From the NCBI GenBank assembly GCA_020137815.1, contig CM035352.1, positions 558,001-622,000 on the forward strand: a DNA stretch of 64,000 nt, read 5' to 3'. The notes below the pieces were generated by a model. That model saw nothing but the letters and a program-made list of their open reading frames with translations. It did no database searches and had not been told where the DNA came from. The translations under genes and the position numbers were made by a program. Of the stretch, positions 41,501 to 64,000 are shown in pieces. How positions within the stretch are numbered: the stretch's first letter is position 1; each line of letters opens with the position of its first letter. The DNA comes from Hormiphora californensis (lineage: Eukaryota; Animalia; Ctenophora).

Positions 41501-41911
41501 TAGCTCAAGATAATCTGGACCAGTGGTCGGGGAAGAATATTAAAATCCCTGCCATTAACCGAGGTAGAGGTACTGGTGAATGTGAACTCCGTGTGCACCT
41601 AACAAAGGGAGGTTGGTGGTTACGAATTAACCCCTCGCGACCTTAGTGCGCTGGCAAGGGTTACTTCGTTACTAAGGAATGTTGGTGATATATTAGGCAA
41701 TACTAAATCAATTCATAAGACTAGTATTATACTAAAAGGAGCAGTTTGACCATTCGAGAGTAAGGGACGTGTTTTCAGTTACCTTACTTCCGGGAAGGTG
41801 TTTAATATCCAGGTGTTCCAGATAGGTTTCCGTTGTGTGAGTTGTAGTTACCAATAGTAACAGAGGTAGTAACCGCGTAACCATGGCTACAGCTAGTAAT
41901 AAAAGTATCAT
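38509..41911 (-). CDS. PIGT: GPI transamidase subunit PIG-T (multi-exon)
   Basis: Signal peptide; [12 protein letters not shown]; [10 protein letters not shown]; [17 protein letters not shown]; [12 protein letters not shown]; [11 protein letters not shown]; [14 protein letters not shown]. Confidence 0.92.
39548..39719. mobile_element. Tc1/mariner (pogo-like) MITE
   Basis: TIR CAGTCGGACCCCGATTTAG with TA flanks and internal CTAAATCGGGG repeats; a related end fragment lies at ~46790-46846. Confidence 0.85.
40725..40947. mobile_element. Palindromic MITE with CCCAGCAAACAC ends (CMC/EnSpm-like)
   Basis: Imperfect inverted arms of ~100 bp; TA on both flanks. Confidence 0.8.
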
Positions 41912-42182
41912 ATAGGTAGTGAGGTCATCGGTGCAGTGTGATCATTTCAGGCTTTGTTTAGGGGCGACCTTACTCAACAAGTTGGGCATTTTAGGAGAGA
42001 AACATCCAGAGTTTGTCTTTTTCACACTAATCAGAGGTCTACAGCAGGCTATATAATATGCACGAGTTATTTCTGAGTTAAGTTAGATGATTGGGGTCAG
42101 GGAATGGGGTACAGATGATATTGTAATGATGATGATGTAGTCGGCTTTGTCAACTTAGTCAGTCAGTTAAAAATAACACCAG

Positions 42183-42440
42183 GTTACCATGGTAACTGCG
42201 GTGTTGCCCTGGTAACGGCGGTGTTGTCATGGTAACTGCGATGTTGCCCTGGTAAGGGCGGTGTTACCATGGTAACTGCAGTGTTGTCATGGTAACTGCA
42301 GTGTTGCCATAGTTACGGCGGTGTTGCCCTGGTAACGGCGGTGTTTTCAAGGTTACTGCAGTGTTGCCATGGTAACGGCGGTGTTGCCATGGTAACTGCA
42401 GTATTGCCATGGTAACTGCGGTGTAGCCATGGTAACTGTG
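42183..42440. repeat. 20-bp minisatellite with X-box-like core GTTGCCATGGTAAC
   Basis: About 13 copies of GTTGCCATGGTAACTGCGGT variants. Confidence 0.9.
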
Positions 42441-42469
42441 TTAAGTAACGGTGGCATATAATAACTCAC

Positions 42470-43235
42470 CTTTGAAGAGGCATTTGTCTGATATACAGTA
42501 TTGAGATGATACGGTGTCCCAACTAGCTACCTTCACCGCCTTGACACCTTTCCAATACGATAGACAGGTCTTATTCTGACTCTCACTCAATGAGTACTCT
42601 AGAACCTCAACCCGATTATAGGTTATGGAGAGTGTTGTGTCGGTCTTGGAAAATATCCAAATACCGCCGTCTTGCTCCGTGGGTTGAACAGTGAGCTCCT
42701 TGTGATTTGTAGCTTTATTGATACCCCATCCCGTACAGGCAGACATGTAATAATAAATGGATGAATGGATCTTTCGTAACAATACGGTACCAACATAGTA
42801 TCCTTTAATGTCGTAGGTAAAGAAACCCACATAATTGGAATATGAAGCGATAACAGATTGATTTGCCTTGATGTGGAGAGGGGTTCCAGCCCAGTCCAGA
42901 GATGGAATATTAACATCACGCTCCACTGTCAGCCAATCTGAGAGGAATATTGGTGTGACACTGTGACTACTGCAGTATCTATATGAGTGACAGCGTTCTA
43001 TGACTGTATAGTGTACACAGCTAGTAACTGCCATTCAACCCCAGGGGGGACTATTATACCCCCTCCCACGCGACGTGTATTGCGCCTTATATATAACGTT
43101 TAGCACTTAGCAGTTCAATGAATGAAGTTATGAAGCACAGAATAACAGCTCATATAAAGACAAACCTCCTGCAGTGATGAGTAGGGGTGAACTGAATGCT
43201 GTTAGGGCAAACAGGACCCAGCCAACGAGTTTCAT
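42470..43235 (-). CDS. Small secreted protein of unknown function (at least 2 exons; 3' end uncertain)
   Basis: Signal-peptide exon MKLVGWVLFALTAFSSPLLITAG spliced to a ~155-codon exon (DWLTVERDVNIP...SQYCISDKC) with a GTGAGT donor at ~42470. Confidence 0.6.
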
Positions 43236-43740
43236 ATCACTCACACATTTGAAACTTTATTTGAAGGTTATATTTATGCTCCCACTTTTTCGCAATCGAA
43301 ATAAACCTTAAAACCAGTTACCAAATGTGAACCAAGCTCGTTTAAAACCCTAATGGACCAGAGATCAAAAGTAAACAAAAGCAAGACGAAGGTATGCCGC
43401 GAAAACGAGAGCATCACGTTATTAGCCCGGTACAGGGCAAAAGAACTGGACCCCCTCCTCCAACACCCCCCCCCCCCTGCAAGATGTGATTCACCAAACA
43501 GAGAACTCATTGGTAAAGTTCATTCGTGCTGGCTGGTTGAGTTCTTTGTTCATTCAAAGAACAGAGAATTCGGCGAGCCAGCACGAATAAATTGTTTCTT
43601 TTGGATTGGTAGATTAAAGAAGTGGCAGACTGGGATGCCATGCTATAAACAGAGATAGAGTGCACTGGTGAGAGAAACAGACACAAGTTTTAACCTTGTC
43701 TCAAAAGTCCGAAGACAATGATATTAAAGCAAAGGCATAT

Positions 43741-43924
<184 letters not shown>

Positions 43925-44255
43925 ATTTTACACGCTATTTTACACTCAGCGCTACAAGATAACGTTTGGTGACATGCGGTGATACATTTTCACACAGATG
44001 AACGTGATGACACTTGATCGAAGAAGACAAATCAGGAGTCATGCTTTGTTTAGTGATACGATGGGCCGATGTACTCCGACATTTAGGGGTGGTGAAGATT
44101 GCACATTGCACACCCAAAGCGAGGTGAGTTCCAGATTTTAGGGTGAACTTGATCATTCTTGATACCCCCTGGCCCTCACGTCTCAGCTTGTTTAGGGTTA
44201 ACTATAAAGAACATCATTTTGGTTTAAAGATTGAAATTAGAGCATAATCAAGCTC

Positions 44256-45376
44256 TCAACTATTGGGTGCCTGGACGTTGTCCAAGAACTCGTTAAGGAT
44301 GTTCCCACTGGGGAGGTATTGACAGCAGATTAGCACCCTATTGGTATCTTCATTAACACCATACCCACACCCCAACTTCTTAGTAGACTTCCATACAACC
44401 TGGGTGAAGTGTCCATACCCACCATCTGAAAATGAGGGTGTTACCATGGGAAGGAGGGTGTTACCATGGGAAGGAGGGTGTTACCATGGGAAGGAGGGTG
44501 TTACCATGGGAACGAGTGTGATACCATGGGAAGGAGGGTGTTACCATGTGAAGGAGGGTGTTACCATGGGAACGAGGGTGTTACCATGGGAACGAGGGTG
44601 ATACGATGGGAACGAGGGTGTTATCATGGGAACGAGGGTGATACCATGGGAGCGAGGGTGTTACCATGGGAACGAGGGTGATACCATGGGAACGAAGGTG
44701 TTACCATGGGAACGAGGGTGTTACAAGGTAAACTCCCAGTACTTACTAAAGAATTGCTGGAATGAGGTTGTTTCTGTGTTATAGTTAGTATGATCAGAGT
44801 AATCAGCTTCCTCTTTAGTATACCAAGCAGAAGTTACTTGTTCAATGGCTTCCCTTATCGGATAGTTGGTCGCTCTGTAGAGGTTCTCCCCTGGGAGCGG
44901 CAGACGGGGTAGAAACCAGATTTAAACGGAAAACAAATAATATATTAGTCAAACCTCGATTGATCGGATTTTCCCCAAATCACTCAATACCGCACGATGT
45001 GTCACCTTTTATTTAAATACCGTGCAAATCCTCCATCATCCCCCTGGGAGTCCGGTAAATCGAGGTTTGACTGTATGACAGACAACAGACATGACAGACA
45101 ACAGACAACATGGCAGACAACACAGAAAATTACCTGCATTAGTATCACTGTGTTCAAATTTATCTTCTTTCGCCAGCTTCTTGCAGAATGCAGAGGACGT
45201 TTTTGCAAGCTTTCTGTTCCACTTCAGTTTTTTAACGCCGTGTAGCTTTCGGTACTTTTTGTGATCTTTTAGGACCGTTTCTTCAGGAACCTGTTTAACT
45301 TCCTCTCCTCTTTAGTCTTCTTTCCCTCGGTGAAGAGTATCATTCCGATCAGCAGGATACAAAGGAAAACTCTCAT
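44256..45376 (-). CDS. Secreted CAP/SCP (GAPR-1/PR-1-like) protein, 4 exons
   Basis: Signal peptide MRVFLCILLIGMILF; H..YRKLHGVKKLKWN; FEHS; GENLY; AWY; GHFTQVVWKSTKKLGCG; CQYLPSGN. One frameshift in exon 1. Confidence 0.85.
44439..44727. repeat. 20-bp minisatellite with core GTTACCATGGGAAC, intronic
   Basis: About 14 copies of GTTACCATGGGAA(C/G)GAGGGT. Confidence 0.9.
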
Positions 45377-45719
45377 GGCAAGATCAAGCGGGAATGAACA
45401 CAACTCAGAACCACAGTCATATATCATCTCATTACTAGGTTGTTTTGTCTATGAATTTTTGACGTGTCGGCTGACAATAATAATATTTTATCGAAGGGCG
45501 AAAGAGATTGGAATAGCTTGTTTTGTTCAAACCTTTTTTATTTTATTTTATAATAACGGAGGGTGGAACAAGGCAAGGAATAGCATGATTCATCCCTAGA
45601 GTTGGGTGATTTATGAATTGTTCAACTCGGGTGTCACCACTACATGAAGTGGACAAACAAGAAATTTACACATATGAGTGAATGTATTAGCAACACCAGA
45701 AACAACACCAGCTTTGTAG

Positions 45720-46142
45720 GGCGGGTGACACGTAACACTTTGTAACATGTGCAGAAAACTTTTTGTGCATGTTACATGTTACAAAGTGTTACAAAGTGTT
45801 ACAAAGTGTTACATAGTGTTACAAATTGTTACAAAGTGTTACAAATTGTTACAAAGTGTTACAAATTGTTACAAAGTGTTACAAAAAGTGACCAAAAAAT
45901 TTTTCTAGCGTAAAATACCGAAATAAATTTTACGTATTCGTATTTGGCTGAACCTAAGACACTGTTTCATGGTATTTTATGCAACATATCAGCTCAAAAT
46001 CGGGTGTACGGACCGGTTTTAAGCCATATAAAATATGTAACACTTTGTAACATTTTGTAACACTTTGTAACATGTGCAGAAACCTTTTTGTGCGCGTTAC
46101 ATGTTACAAAGTGTTACAAAGTGTTACATGTCACCCCCCCCC
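45720..46142. mobile_element. MITE with 8-bp TSD (hAT-like) and internal 10-bp GTTACAAAGT repeats
   Basis: CTTTGTAG at 45712-45719 and 46143-46150; inverted ends GGGTGACAC(G)TAACACTTTGTAAC / GTTACAAAGTGTTACATGTCACCC. Confidence 0.75.
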
Positions 46143-46592
46143 CTTTGTAGCACACCCAGTGTTATCACCGATTACATTCCCACCTCCCAACATACCTTTA
46201 GTCGTAGTACCGATGTGGAAAGGATGTCCTACTGGTCACTCTAGCAACAGAAACCAATGGTAACAGCGTTAGCAGCATCGTTTTCATGGTAGCTAGAAGT
46301 AAATCATGGATTGTAAAAGGATTTATGGTTTCTACGATAGAGGTAATTAATTGGTAGGGTAAAATAAAACGCAGTATCTGGTTACCTAATGTGGGGAGAG
46401 AAACAATTTAAAAAACAGTAAAAAATACGTGTCAACATTTTACGTAACGTCCTAAAACAGAGTTAGGTTCTTCTGAAGCCATTATGTTGACAGAGCAAGT
46501 CCATAGCAACACATGATCATTAGTCCATAGCAACATGAATTATGGGGCTGCCATGACAACCTCATGACGTAATCATCCAGTTATTTGTGACG

Positions 46593-52490
<5,898 letters not shown>

Positions 52491-52865
52491 AGGTGCTAGT
52501 TTAGTAAATTAGTAGGTTAGTAAGAAGGGAAGAGGGTAACTCAAATTAGTAAGTTAGTGAGAAGGGAAGAGGGTAACTCGAATTACTTAGTAAGTTGGTG
52601 AGAAGGGGATATGATCTTTCGCTACAATGTCATTCGGTAGTCGGTACTTGGTGATGACATTATTGCGCGCGATGACATTACTGCGCGCGGCTAGTGTAGG
52701 GGTGGCTGCGTCACCAAATTCGGTACGGTCTACAGAAGATTGTGGTAAGTTGGAGGATGGGAAAAGTAAAGGAGATACTGAGATCTAAGGTAATATTGTT
52801 CTGCTTTAAAAGAGTGTAATAAATTAATAAACAACACAAAAGAGTGGTAAAAATATTGGCCCATA

Positions 52866-57284
<4,419 letters not shown>

Positions 57285-57454
57285 CCTATGTAATGTATTG
57301 ATGGTGAGAACTGGGTGTTGATCAAGTAATACATCAGGAATTGGATGGTGATCAGGGATGGGATATCTAAAATTAATGTTACTTGAACGATCAAAATATC
57401 TTACAAAACTGCTCAATAAGTTAACACACACTAACACACACATAACAAGGGGGT

Positions 57455-58501
57455 CACGGACAAACTCTCCACTCTTCACTTAGCATCAGTACCCTGGTGG
57501 GGTTCTCTCTTGTGTTCTCCATCAATTCTCTCTTCTCATCCACTCGTTTACTACTCGCAACCTGAAATTTATAATTGATATCAGACGGTACCAGGTCGGA
57601 ATTTCGCCAAACTAGACAAATGAGTCATACAATCTGACTAATCTATACCTTATCTGGTTTTCCTCGTCTCTCTCTCGATTTTGCTTGGCATAGTCCTTCC
57701 TCTTGTTGAACGTATTCCTCTTTGCACTGATCACGCAGTTTCTCATTGTAGAACGCCCACTGCATACACAGCTTAAACCTCTGAGAATGATGAGGATTAG
57801 ACAACAATCAATATGAGTAGGAAGGGGACGTCAATAGATGAAATGCAGATTGAATTTGAAGGGGGCGGGAAATGTCTTTCAATTCATAATGTGTAATGTC
57901 ACAAGGTATCATACTGTTACCTCATTCTGTTTTGCACACTTCCAAAGGCCGGCTATCATGCCGTGTTCCTGCTGACAGGCCGACATGTCTGCAAATGCTG
58001 CAAAGCAGTACCGGGGATCCTCCTTGGCTTTATCTCTGACCAGATCGTTAATTAAACTGTCTCGTTCAGCTCGCAGCATCACCTGTGGGGAGTTATTGCT
58101 TGATATCACTATTGAATAAAACACTACTGACTGGTTGACAGACAGCACCGGTGGGTCGAGCAAGGCTGAAGGCAACCGGACCGGTGGACGGTTTCAAAGA
58201 GTCCATTCTGCAGCTCACGTGGGGCGGGGAGGGAAGAATCCGCGCGCAATTGCTGACAACGGTTAAACTTATTGTAAGCTGAGGCGGCGCGCTACGCTTT
58301 ACTAAGGCACATAAGTGTGACATTGGCACAGTGGCCAGAACCTGAAACCAGTTTCAGGTTTACAGTCTTTATTTAGAGGAACAAAGAACTACCTGAAAGA
58401 TATATCAAGCTTACCAGTTTTGGAACTGGCTTTATGTCATTTTCATCGAACTCAGATTGCACAGAGTCCTCTTGATTCTTCTGCGTACTTTCCTCTGCCA
58501 T
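57455..58501 (-). CDS. CMC1: Twin CX9C mitochondrial COX-assembly protein (CMC1-like)
   Basis: CFAAFADMSAC and CAKQNE|RFKLC are both C-X9-C; preceded by VRDKAKE and followed by FYNEKLRDQCKEEY. The 3' end needs an indel correction. Confidence 0.7.
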
Positions 58502-58638
58502 CTCACTATAGGGTAAAATGGGTTTTCATTATTTGAAATAGGAGATAGACAATGAGACACAGTCAATAAATAGTTTGTAAAACACAGACCGCTGTAAAAG
58601 ATTGAATAAGTTAGATTTAAAAACACATTAAACACATA

Positions 58639-59388
58639 TCACGACATAGTGCTCTCAGCCCTCAGGTACTCTCCTACATCAGCTTGGTGAAACACAACAA
58701 TAGTGTTCGGATCTGTCGTCTTGCATTCTGCCGTTGATTTGGCGGCCGCCCCAAAACCAAGAGGAAGATCATTCATGTTATACACAACTACACCATCATA
58801 TCTCTCAGTCCCAGCACTTATCCGGCCCAGACCTGCTTTTGTAACATTGTTACCGTACAGGAACTGTTGTTCTGCACCAGGTTTCAACCACACTTTCTGT
58901 TTAGCGTAGGAGGAGATGAAATCAAGGGATGTGATGTGGAGTTTGAACTTTTCTGTCTTTGAGAATTTTCCAAACATCGTTCCTAGGCTGATGAGTTCCT
59001 TGCGGCCAATGTTTGTCGCCCTTTTCATAATGTCTTCACTCACGTAATACACCTAGGAAGAGGGAGAGAAGTTAGATAATGGTAGATTCATGACTCTTTA
59101 AAGATGATGGGGGGGTGGATGGTCATGTTAATTTTGTTAATTAACATCGAAAAAGTTTGTATTGTTACACAAATTAACATGACCACCCCCCCCCCCCTCC
59201 CAGATGATGTGATATTAAAGAATAGGGCTACTGGAAGTCAAGGAAGAAACCTCTCGTACCTTGTCTTTATGGTATCTGAAGACATAATTTCCATCTGACC
59301 TCTCCAACAATAACTTGACATTCTCGCCAATATACTTGGCCAGTTTCTCAAACAAAGATTTGGCTTCTTCTTCTGTCAGCGGTCTCAT
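58639..59388 (-). CDS. NIP7: 60S ribosome biogenesis protein NIP7, 2 exons
   Basis: [26 protein letters not shown]|[42 protein letters not shown]. Confidence 0.95.
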
Positions 59389-59664
59389 TCTGTGATCTAA
59401 CACAGAATAAATGTTAAGGGAAATGTGATATATTGGATCTGGTATCATGTGTCGTATTGCATCAATATTTTAGAGGTATTGTTGTCAATGGAGTTGTTGT
59501 GTTAAGGAAGGTTTATTTAAAAGAAACACACGACCAATTTAATTAGAAAAAAACATGGTTATCAATGAAACAAATATTAACAGAAACACAAATTAAAATC
59601 TCAACTCTGACTATCCCTGACATAAACAAACCTTATGTTGAACTTGAACTCTGATTTTTCTTGT

Positions 59665-60267
59665 TCAACTCTTGGAACTACTCGAACTCTGATTTCTCTT
59701 CATTTCAAAAACTTTCTGTCGCACTTTAGTTTTGTAATTCTTGTCCACGTTCATCTCATTTGCAATGAAAATGTCCCTTTCAATAACTTTAGCACTATCT
59801 GAGTCAGAACTCTGCATGTTCGCTAGAATCAATCTCACAGCTCGCTTTCTGATGTCCTCATTTGATCCCCCGCTAGTGGTAAGGAGAGAGAACTGGGATC
59901 GTGGTGCAGATACAGGCGCTATTGGCATATCCCTTATCTTACCCTTCCAGGCGGCGATGAGCCTCTTTGCAATACTTGCTATGGCATCGTTTGAGTGTTT
60001 CCGTAGTGGTCCAATGCTACGTCCAATTCCAGTATCGGACACAACATGAATGGGAATGGATGGACTCTTGTCAAGTTCTGATATCAAACTGATGATTTGG
60101 TCGGTGGTAATTCCCTTACAATCTAACAATTCTTTAATTCTAAGTATTCGTTTCACATCTGTTACACCACCTAGAGATTTAAGGGTTGCCTGTTTAAGGA
60201 GCGGTCTCTTGGACTTATTTATGGATAAAGCCTCCTCTCGTGATAATTTCTTTACAAACTTATCCAT
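59665..60267 (-). CDS. TCEANC2: TFIIS N-terminal and central domain protein (TCEANC2-like), intronless
   Basis: MDKFV..KQATLKSL; TGIGRSIGPLRKHSN..AKRLIAAWK (TFIIS_N); IRKRAVRLI..IERDIF..YKTKVRQKVFEMK. Confidence 0.8.
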   Translation of the reverse strand: MDKFVKKLSREEALSINKSKRPLLKQATLKSLGGVTDVKRILRIKELLDCKGITTDQIISLISELDKSPSIPIHVVSDTGIGRSIGPLRKHSNDAIASIAKRLIAAWKGKIRDMPIAPVSAPRSQFSLLTTSGGSNEDIRKRAVRLILANMQSSDSDSAKVIERDIFIANEMNVDKNYKTKVRQKVFEMKRNQSSSSSKS

Positions 60268-60679
60268 GGTCCTATGAAAAAGAAGTCATTTATCAAAGGT
60301 GTGTTATGTATTTCATCGACATTATTTTCAAAAAATTAACAACACAAACCAAATAACAATTACAGACGTCACCCTAACACAGCTCAGTATTTAGTAAGTT
60401 AGTAAAGCAAACAATATAGAGAGTTAGTATACTGCGATAGGTATCGATCCATTTGTGCAGCTCACCTCACGCACCGAACCAGTTCGCTACTAGGCAAAAT
60501 TTCTAGCTTAGACTAGGCGCTATCCCCAAAACTAGATACCAATTGCCCTGGCCCCTGGTCTTCCTATACAAAAAAACTGTTCGCTGGGGTTCTATTTGTT
60601 GTGTAAAACGTTTACTACATTGGTTTATGCGTCTGTATCACGCCATTGAGTAAGTGCGTGTATCACACAATGAAACTTG

Positions 60680-61137
60680 ATGAATAAACTTTATTACATA
60701 AAACATAACTGGTGTCAGTCTTTTAAACATCCCCCTTTAGCCCGAACCACTAGCACCCAATCCAAGATGGAATTCCCATTGAGTCCTATAACCCTTAACA
60801 GGTGGATTGTCCGGGTACTGATCCGGCCACCGTCCCAGCAAGACCTTGAACATATCCAATTTCTCTGCCGTGTTGACCTCTTTCGGTAATGTATTCCACA
60901 ACCGTGCGGCCCTCACACCGAAGGAGTTGAAGTACTTAGTTGAGATAGACTTCTGTGCTCCACTGTAGAGGGAAGGTACTCGTGACACCCATGCAGCCAT
61001 CCTCCTTGCTTCAGATGATGTCTTTATGACGTGTGGTGTCCAAGAGCAGTCATCCGAAAGCAGGATGCCAAGATCTCTGACACTTTTTGTTGGTTGTATG
61101 TTGTTACCCGCTGGTGTCACATACAAGCGTAGTTCAT
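60680..61137 (-). mobile_element. Truncated, internally deleted CR1-like LINE 3' fragment
   Basis: VRDLGILL..SW..H and FGVRAARLWNTLP..FKVLL..YPDNPP resemble the RT C-terminus of the neighbouring element. Confidence 0.8.
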
Positions 61138-64000
61138 TGTTTACAAGTTTACAAGTTTACAAAAATAGATTCGGCATACAATGCATTATAAAGACAAATA
61201 TACCACGTTCTCAGCATGATGCTTCTACGTACAATGATGTGAATGATGCAGTGACCAACATACACTACCCAGGGGGGAGCAGTGTAACCAATGAGTTGTC
61301 GTTGGGACTCCTGTAGCCCCGAACTGGAGGGTGATCAGGTATACCATCCAGGAACTTGCCGAGAGAAACTTTGAGATCCTCTAGTGTTTCGCATCTTCGA
61401 ACTTCTTTCGGCATCCTATTGAAGAGCTTGACTGACCTCACTGAGAATGATCCTTCCCTGATGGTCTCAATTGAATCTTGCGCCGAAGTGTAAAGGTCCG
61501 GGTATTCAGCTAGGAGACCTCGCCGTGGATGAACCTTGAATGACTCGTCCACGGGCCTGGTGGTATGGTTCGGGACGAGTCCATGATATACTTTCCAGAG
61601 ATGGATTATCATGAATCGCTCCCGTCGCCGTTGAAGTGACTGGATCCCCAGGAACTTGAGCCTCTCCCGGTAGTCCATCCCGATGCACTCCTCGATCCGC
61701 CGCGTAAAGAATCTCTGGACTCCCTCGAGCTTAGCGATGTTACTAATCGTCGTGGGAGACCAGAGAGCCGAACAGTATTCTAGCTTTGGCCTGACCAATG
61801 CCTTGAAATGTGTTATCATCGTTCGTTTCGACCGGTTTCTGAACACTCCGAGGGCCCATCCAGCGATCCTCTTGGCCTCTGTTGCGATGGTTGCGATGTG
61901 GAAATCGAACTTTCCATCCTCTGTCAGGTATATCCCAAGGTCTTTTACTCCGAATTCTGCTTCGATGATATCTCCGTTCGGGTTGAAGTAGAAATAGCAT
62001 TCAGCATTGAAAGGTAGATCTCTCAGTGGCTTCGTGGAGTTTAACCTGTAATTCAGGACCTGAAACTTTTTCTCGTGGAGAGCCATGTTGTTCTTCCGGC
62101 TCCACTCCTCTATCAAGTTCAAGTCTCTCTGGAGGCTGTCCCTATCGTTCAGGTCCCTGATATCTTGACCAATCTTGGTATCATCAGCGAAAGTTCCAAG
62201 TTTTCCGGTCGTTCCTGATACCAGATCGGTAATGTAGATAATGAACAATAGTGGGCCCAAGACTGATCCTTGAATGACACTGCTGATCACCGCCTCCATC
62301 CTCGATCTGCATCCTTCCAATACGACAGTCTGCGATCTTCCTGTGAGAAAAGCTTGTATCCACATGAACAGCTTCCCAGTTACTCCATACCTTTGAAGCT
62401 TTTGAAGAAGGACTTGAATATCAACTTTGTCAAAAGCCTTCTCAAAATCTATGTAGGCTACGTCTACTTCTAGTCCACTGTTCAGACTCTCCAGAATCGT
62501 GTCGTAGTGTAACAGTAGCTGTGTGAGACAGCTCCGACCAGCCCGAAAACCATGCTGCTCCTCATTCAGAATTCCACTGTTCTCCACGTAGTCCGAAAGT
62601 TGTGTCCTCACTACTCTCTCAAATGTCTTGACCAGATGCGAAGTTAGTGCAACTGGGCGGTAGTTCTCTGGTTGACATTTGTTGCCCTTCTTGAAAATTG
62701 GGGCAATCTGCTGCTCCTTGAGTTGTTGAGGTATAAAGCCGGCCTCAAATGAGCGACTCCAGAGTTTCCATAACGGGTATGCCAGTACTCCTCTGCAGTC
62801 GTGGAGAATCTTTGCGGGAATATCTCCATCCGGCGCAGCAGAATGGGGATTCAGTTCCGCAAGGGCCTCCTCGATAGTAGATGGGTTAAAGATGATTTCT
62901 GAGATGCTCTCCTGTCGTTGAGCTATCCCCTCTAGGGCCTCGTCCACATCAACTGTTGTTGGGTCACTGAAAACCTTGACATACTGGTCCTGAAGGAGTT
63001 CAGCTTTCAGGACAGGGTCATCAGTCAGCGTGCCGTCTTCCTTCAGAAGGGGACCCACGTTTGTCTTGACTTTTCTCTTATTCTTGGCATATGAGAAAAA
63101 GTACTTAGGGTTCTCCTTGATCTTCGAAACAGCTTCATCCTCTTCAGAGTTGATCTGCTGCAGAAGATGTTGTCGAATTTCTTCCACACATCTCTGTACA
63201 CGAGCAAGTAGTTTCTCAATCCTTGACGGGCTTGCTTTCTCGCTCCTCCTCTTCTTGATCTGCCTATTAAGCCGTCTCCGCTTTGATTTTAATTTAATGA
63301 GTATCCTATCTTTCTCAGGATGCCTCCTAGGCCCTTTTTTCGTGGGCGAGTAATGGCAGGTCACCTGTAGGACTGTAAGGGTCAGGAGGTGAGTGAATGC
63401 GGTGATTGGATCGTGATTCTCAGCTCTTTCACACTCATTCCACAAAACATCCCAATCAATCTCTCCCAATTTCTCTCCCCTATGAAGGTTGATACCCGAA
63501 AAAGACTGAGGATCTATAAGTCCCTTTTTACCCTCAGATCTCCGTGTCAGGTTATAACCCAACACTCCTGTAACAGTCTTGTGATCAGAGATTATCTCTG
63601 TCTCCTCTACGTCCGTAAACACAAAATAGTTTGGCCTATTCGTGAGGATAATATCAAGAACATTCGACCCCCTCGTTGGTTTCACCACTACTTGGGTCAG
63701 GAAATTCGCTTGACAGAATACATCCGTCGATGCACAGTTCCGATCTCCCTCGATGTGCTCCCAATTATGATGAGGGAGGTTTAGGTCTCCCAGTATGAAT
63801 AAATCAGGCGCCGCCTTTCCCCTGGAACATTTCTCGATGAAGCCCTCGAGCACCTCTAGCAAGTAGTGATACTCTCCAGTTCGGTAGATGGACCCAATCA
63901 CGGTGTGTGAATTAGACAGATACACCGCCGCGACATTATTGTCGTCGTCTCCCCAGGAAAAGTCCTCTGTAACTGTGAGAGAGTTGTTGATGTAGAGTGC
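61138..64000 (-). mobile_element. CR1/L2-clade LINE with open APE-endonuclease + reverse transcriptase ORF (61265-64000, continues past window)
   Basis: GDLN, LDIIL, SDH (endonuclease); NYRPVALTS, QHGF, YIDFEKAFDKV, QGSVLGPLLF, FADD, KDLGI (RT); 3' tail (GTAAACTT)n at ~61138-61163. Confidence 0.95.

Overview
Eukaryotic (animal) genomic DNA with compact multi-exon genes, short GT-AG introns, many (GA/TC)n microsatellites and non-autonomous DNA transposons. The gene style (nested intronless genes, LDLa-7TM receptor, splice acceptors abutting start codons) suggests a ctenophore-like early-branching metazoan; this is inference, not proof. Genes read by manual exon splicing: a partial FAD-binding-like ORF, an ARF/ARL GTPase, a >21 kb CAMSAP/Patronin gene (+) whose introns hold three antisense intronless ORFs (LDLa-GPCR, PI4K type II, an orphan), Runx (with WRPY), PIG-T, a small secreted orphan, a CAP/SCP protein, and a tightly packed co-oriented minus-strand run TCEANC2-NIP7-CMC1-NOP9-INTS3, followed by CR1-like LINEs. 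Best leads: (1) a Transib-type element with exact RSS-heptamer ends (CACAGTG), a 5-bp TSD and an 11-bp end asymmetry like the 12/23 rule; (2) an operon-like cluster in which every ATG has a 3' splice acceptor 1-8 nt upstream; (3) tandem repeats that multiply exon-intron junctions; (4) a ~100-nt U1-like motif set inside a CAMSAP intron. Several stretches near GA microsatellites look like poor consensus, so frameshifts there are probably assembly errors. Exon limits were read by eye and may be off by a few bases.
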